Shown one piece after another: positions 45,980 through 47,403 of a stretch of 47,403 nucleotides of DNA. The notes below the pieces were generated by a model, which saw only the letters and a list, made by a program, of their open reading frames with translations, was not told the origin of the DNA and made no database searches. Each line of letters starts with the position of its first letter. The stretch's first letter is position 1. This DNA comes from Candidatus Parvarchaeota archaeon. Lineage in GTDB: Archaea; Nanobdellota; Nanobdellia; Parvarchaeales; Parvarchaeaceae. Where the stretch lies: assembly GCA_023380615.1 (NCBI GenBank), contig JAMCRO010000035.1:1-47403 (forward strand), given 5' to 3'. Both the position numbers and the translations under genes were made by a program.

Positions 45980-47403
45980 ATGGAAGAAACTGTCGAAGGG
46001 ATGCTTGAAAAGTTGCGTTTTTTAAGAGAAATTACAGACACTAGTAAAATAGACAGTTTAATTTTAAGATTAAGCAAAACGAAAGAACCGGAAATGCAGG
46101 CCTTTTTGCTTTCAAAGATAACAAGCGAATTCAAAAGGTTAGAAGAGGCGTTTCCGATTTCAGATTCTTCCTTTCCGCTAGTAAAAAGAAAGGAAGAAGG
46201 CTTAGAAATCGGAAACTTGATTTACAAAGACCAAAATATAGGTAGGTTTTCATTGTCCATTGAGGATTTGAACAGAAACATGTTGATAGTAGGTTCAACG
46301 GGCCATGGCAAAACATCTTTGATATATAATATCTTAAGAAAGGCCTCAGAAAAGGGAATAAAATACCTTGTATTCGACATGAAAAAGGATTACAACGCAT
46401 TGGGTTTAAAGAAAGATACTGTTTACATTGATGCCAGTAAACTTAGAATAAATCCGTTAGAAGCACCAATGAACACAAATGAAAAGGAATGGGCAGTGCA
46501 TTTCGCTGACATTTTTTCAGACAGCTTTTCATTGCTCATAGGTAGCAGGGATTATCTTTTGGAAAATACAATAAACCTTTTTTCTTCCTGGAATAGTAAT
46601 TATCCTCCAAGGCTTTCAGATCTATTACTTTACATCACTTTAAACGGCAAAAAGAACGATTATTTTAAAGTTATTGAAGGAAGGCTGAAAAGCCTTATTT
46701 CCTCTTCTTCAATGTTTGACTGCAATTTAGGTATTTCTTTTGAGAACCTGAAAGACAAGAATATTGTAATAGGAATTGAAAACGTTGGAACGGCAGAGCA
46801 GTACTTTCTTGTTTCGTTTATTCTTTCTTCCTTTTACTATTCAAATTTAGGCTTAAATGTTAACAATCAATTCAAAAGGCTTGTAGTCATAGACGATGCC
46901 CACACTGTATTAGATGTTAACAAGGAGAAAGACTATGCAAAAGGCATACCTGTAATTCATTCAATAATCGCCAAGATAAGGGAGCTTGGCTTCGGCTTCA
47001 TCTTTTCGGATCAGCAGCTTTCCTCTGTTCTTTCAAGTGCAATACAAAATACGAACACAAAATTTATAGGAAGAATAAACCTTTACTCCGATCTTTACAA
47101 GATTTTGCCTGGAAACTCCGATGTTATAATAAATTATATCTCAAAATTAAAAAAATCGCAATTTTTGGTTTTCAATGAAAATATCAGTCCCTTCGGCTTA
47201 TTTGAAACTGATAAAATAGCCATCGATAAAGCTATAGATCCTTCATTATTTGCTGTAAAAAGAGAGGTTGATAAAGAGTTTTACAGTTTTTTCAAGGCAG
47301 ATAACATGTCTGTAAAAGAGGAAGCGTTTTTGAATGAAGTAAATACAAACTACTTTTTAAATCTTACACTTCACATACAGAATCTTTCAAAGATTATGGG
47401 TAA
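45980..47403 (+). CDS. HerA/VirB4/FtsK-superfamily (DUF87-like) ATPase, runs off the window
   Basis: Hand translation from ATG 45980: MEETVEG...NRNMLIVGSTGHGKT...LVFDMKKDY...INPL...LVVIDDAH...RELGFGFIFSDQ...NTNTKF. No in-frame stop seen. Not in ORF track. Confidence 0.88.
   Translation, partial: MEETVEGMLEKLRFLREITDTSKIDSLILRLSKTKEPEMQAFLLSKITSEFKRLEEAFPISDSSFPLVKRKEEGLEIGNLIYKDQNIGRFSLSIEDLNRNMLIVGSTGHGKTSLIYNILRKASEKGIKYLVFDMKKDYNALGLKKDTVYIDASKLRINPLEAPMNTNEKEWAVHFADIFSDSFSLLIGSRDYLLENTINLFSSWNSNYPPRLSDLLLYITLNGKKNDYFKVIEGRLKSLISSSSMFDCNLGISFENLKDKNIVIGIENVGTAEQYFLVSFILSSFYYSNLGLNVNNQFKRLVVIDDAHTVLDVNKEKDYAKGIPVIHSIIAKIRELGFGFIFSDQQLSSVLSSAIQNTNTKFIGRINLYSDLYKILPGNSDVIINYISKLKKSQFLVFNENISPFGLFETDKIAIDKAIDPSLFAVKREVDKEFYSFFKADNMSVKEEAFLNEVNTNYFLNLTLHIQNLSKIMG

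Noticed and set aside
45972..46025. ATG overlapping the 45972 stop as the start of the ATPase
   Set aside because: That frame closes after 17 codons; the long frame starts at ATG 45980.
845..46400. Numerous 60-190 aa ORFs antisense to or nested in recognised genes (e.g. 2438..2752, 12991..13518, 14643..15206, 19201..19731, 27689..27985, 28611..29093, 46131..46400)
   Set aside because: They are shadows of well-supported genes on the opposite strand or another frame, with no recognisable motifs.
1..47403. tRNA, rRNA, integrase or IS elements
   Set aside because: Intergenic gaps are short and AT-rich with no cloverleaf-like GC-rich segments, and no recombinase or transposase motifs were seen. 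A tRNAscan-SE/Infernal run would confirm.

Overview
AT-rich, very compact archaeal chromosome segment with many overlapping stop/start codons. Archaeal ribosomal proteins (P1, eL43, eS27, eL42), Rpo12, Pcc1, prefoldin, Hjc, Cdc6 and an acid S53 protease suggest a small-genome acidophile, probably DPANN/Parvarchaeota-like (inference). In order: the uL10/P1 tail; surE; an upper-glycolysis block appended to an rpl37ae-rpoP-pcc1-pfdB run; an S53 protease plus type IV pilus ATPase/platform pair; speB; DNA ligase; a 15-kb TCA cluster (mycobacterial Sdh1-type succinate dehydrogenase, citrate synthase, 2-oxoacid:ferredoxin oxidoreductase, sucCD, fumarase); a kinase-fold/NDT-fold fusion; solo Cas4; sufSU; a VIT1 gene broken by an in-frame TAG inside a 26-bp inverted repeat; cdc6 with an adjacent ORB-containing replication origin; and a tightly packed unknown operon (Gly-rich secreted glycoprotein, Zn-finger/wHTH protein, HerA/VirB4-like ATPase) running off the window. 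Five coding regions absent from the ORF track were read by hand: the uL10 tail, Rpo12, Sec61beta, a 57-aa membrane ORF after sdhC and the terminal ATPase. No tRNA, rRNA, CRISPR array or IS element was seen. All family assignments come from motif recognition, not database searches.
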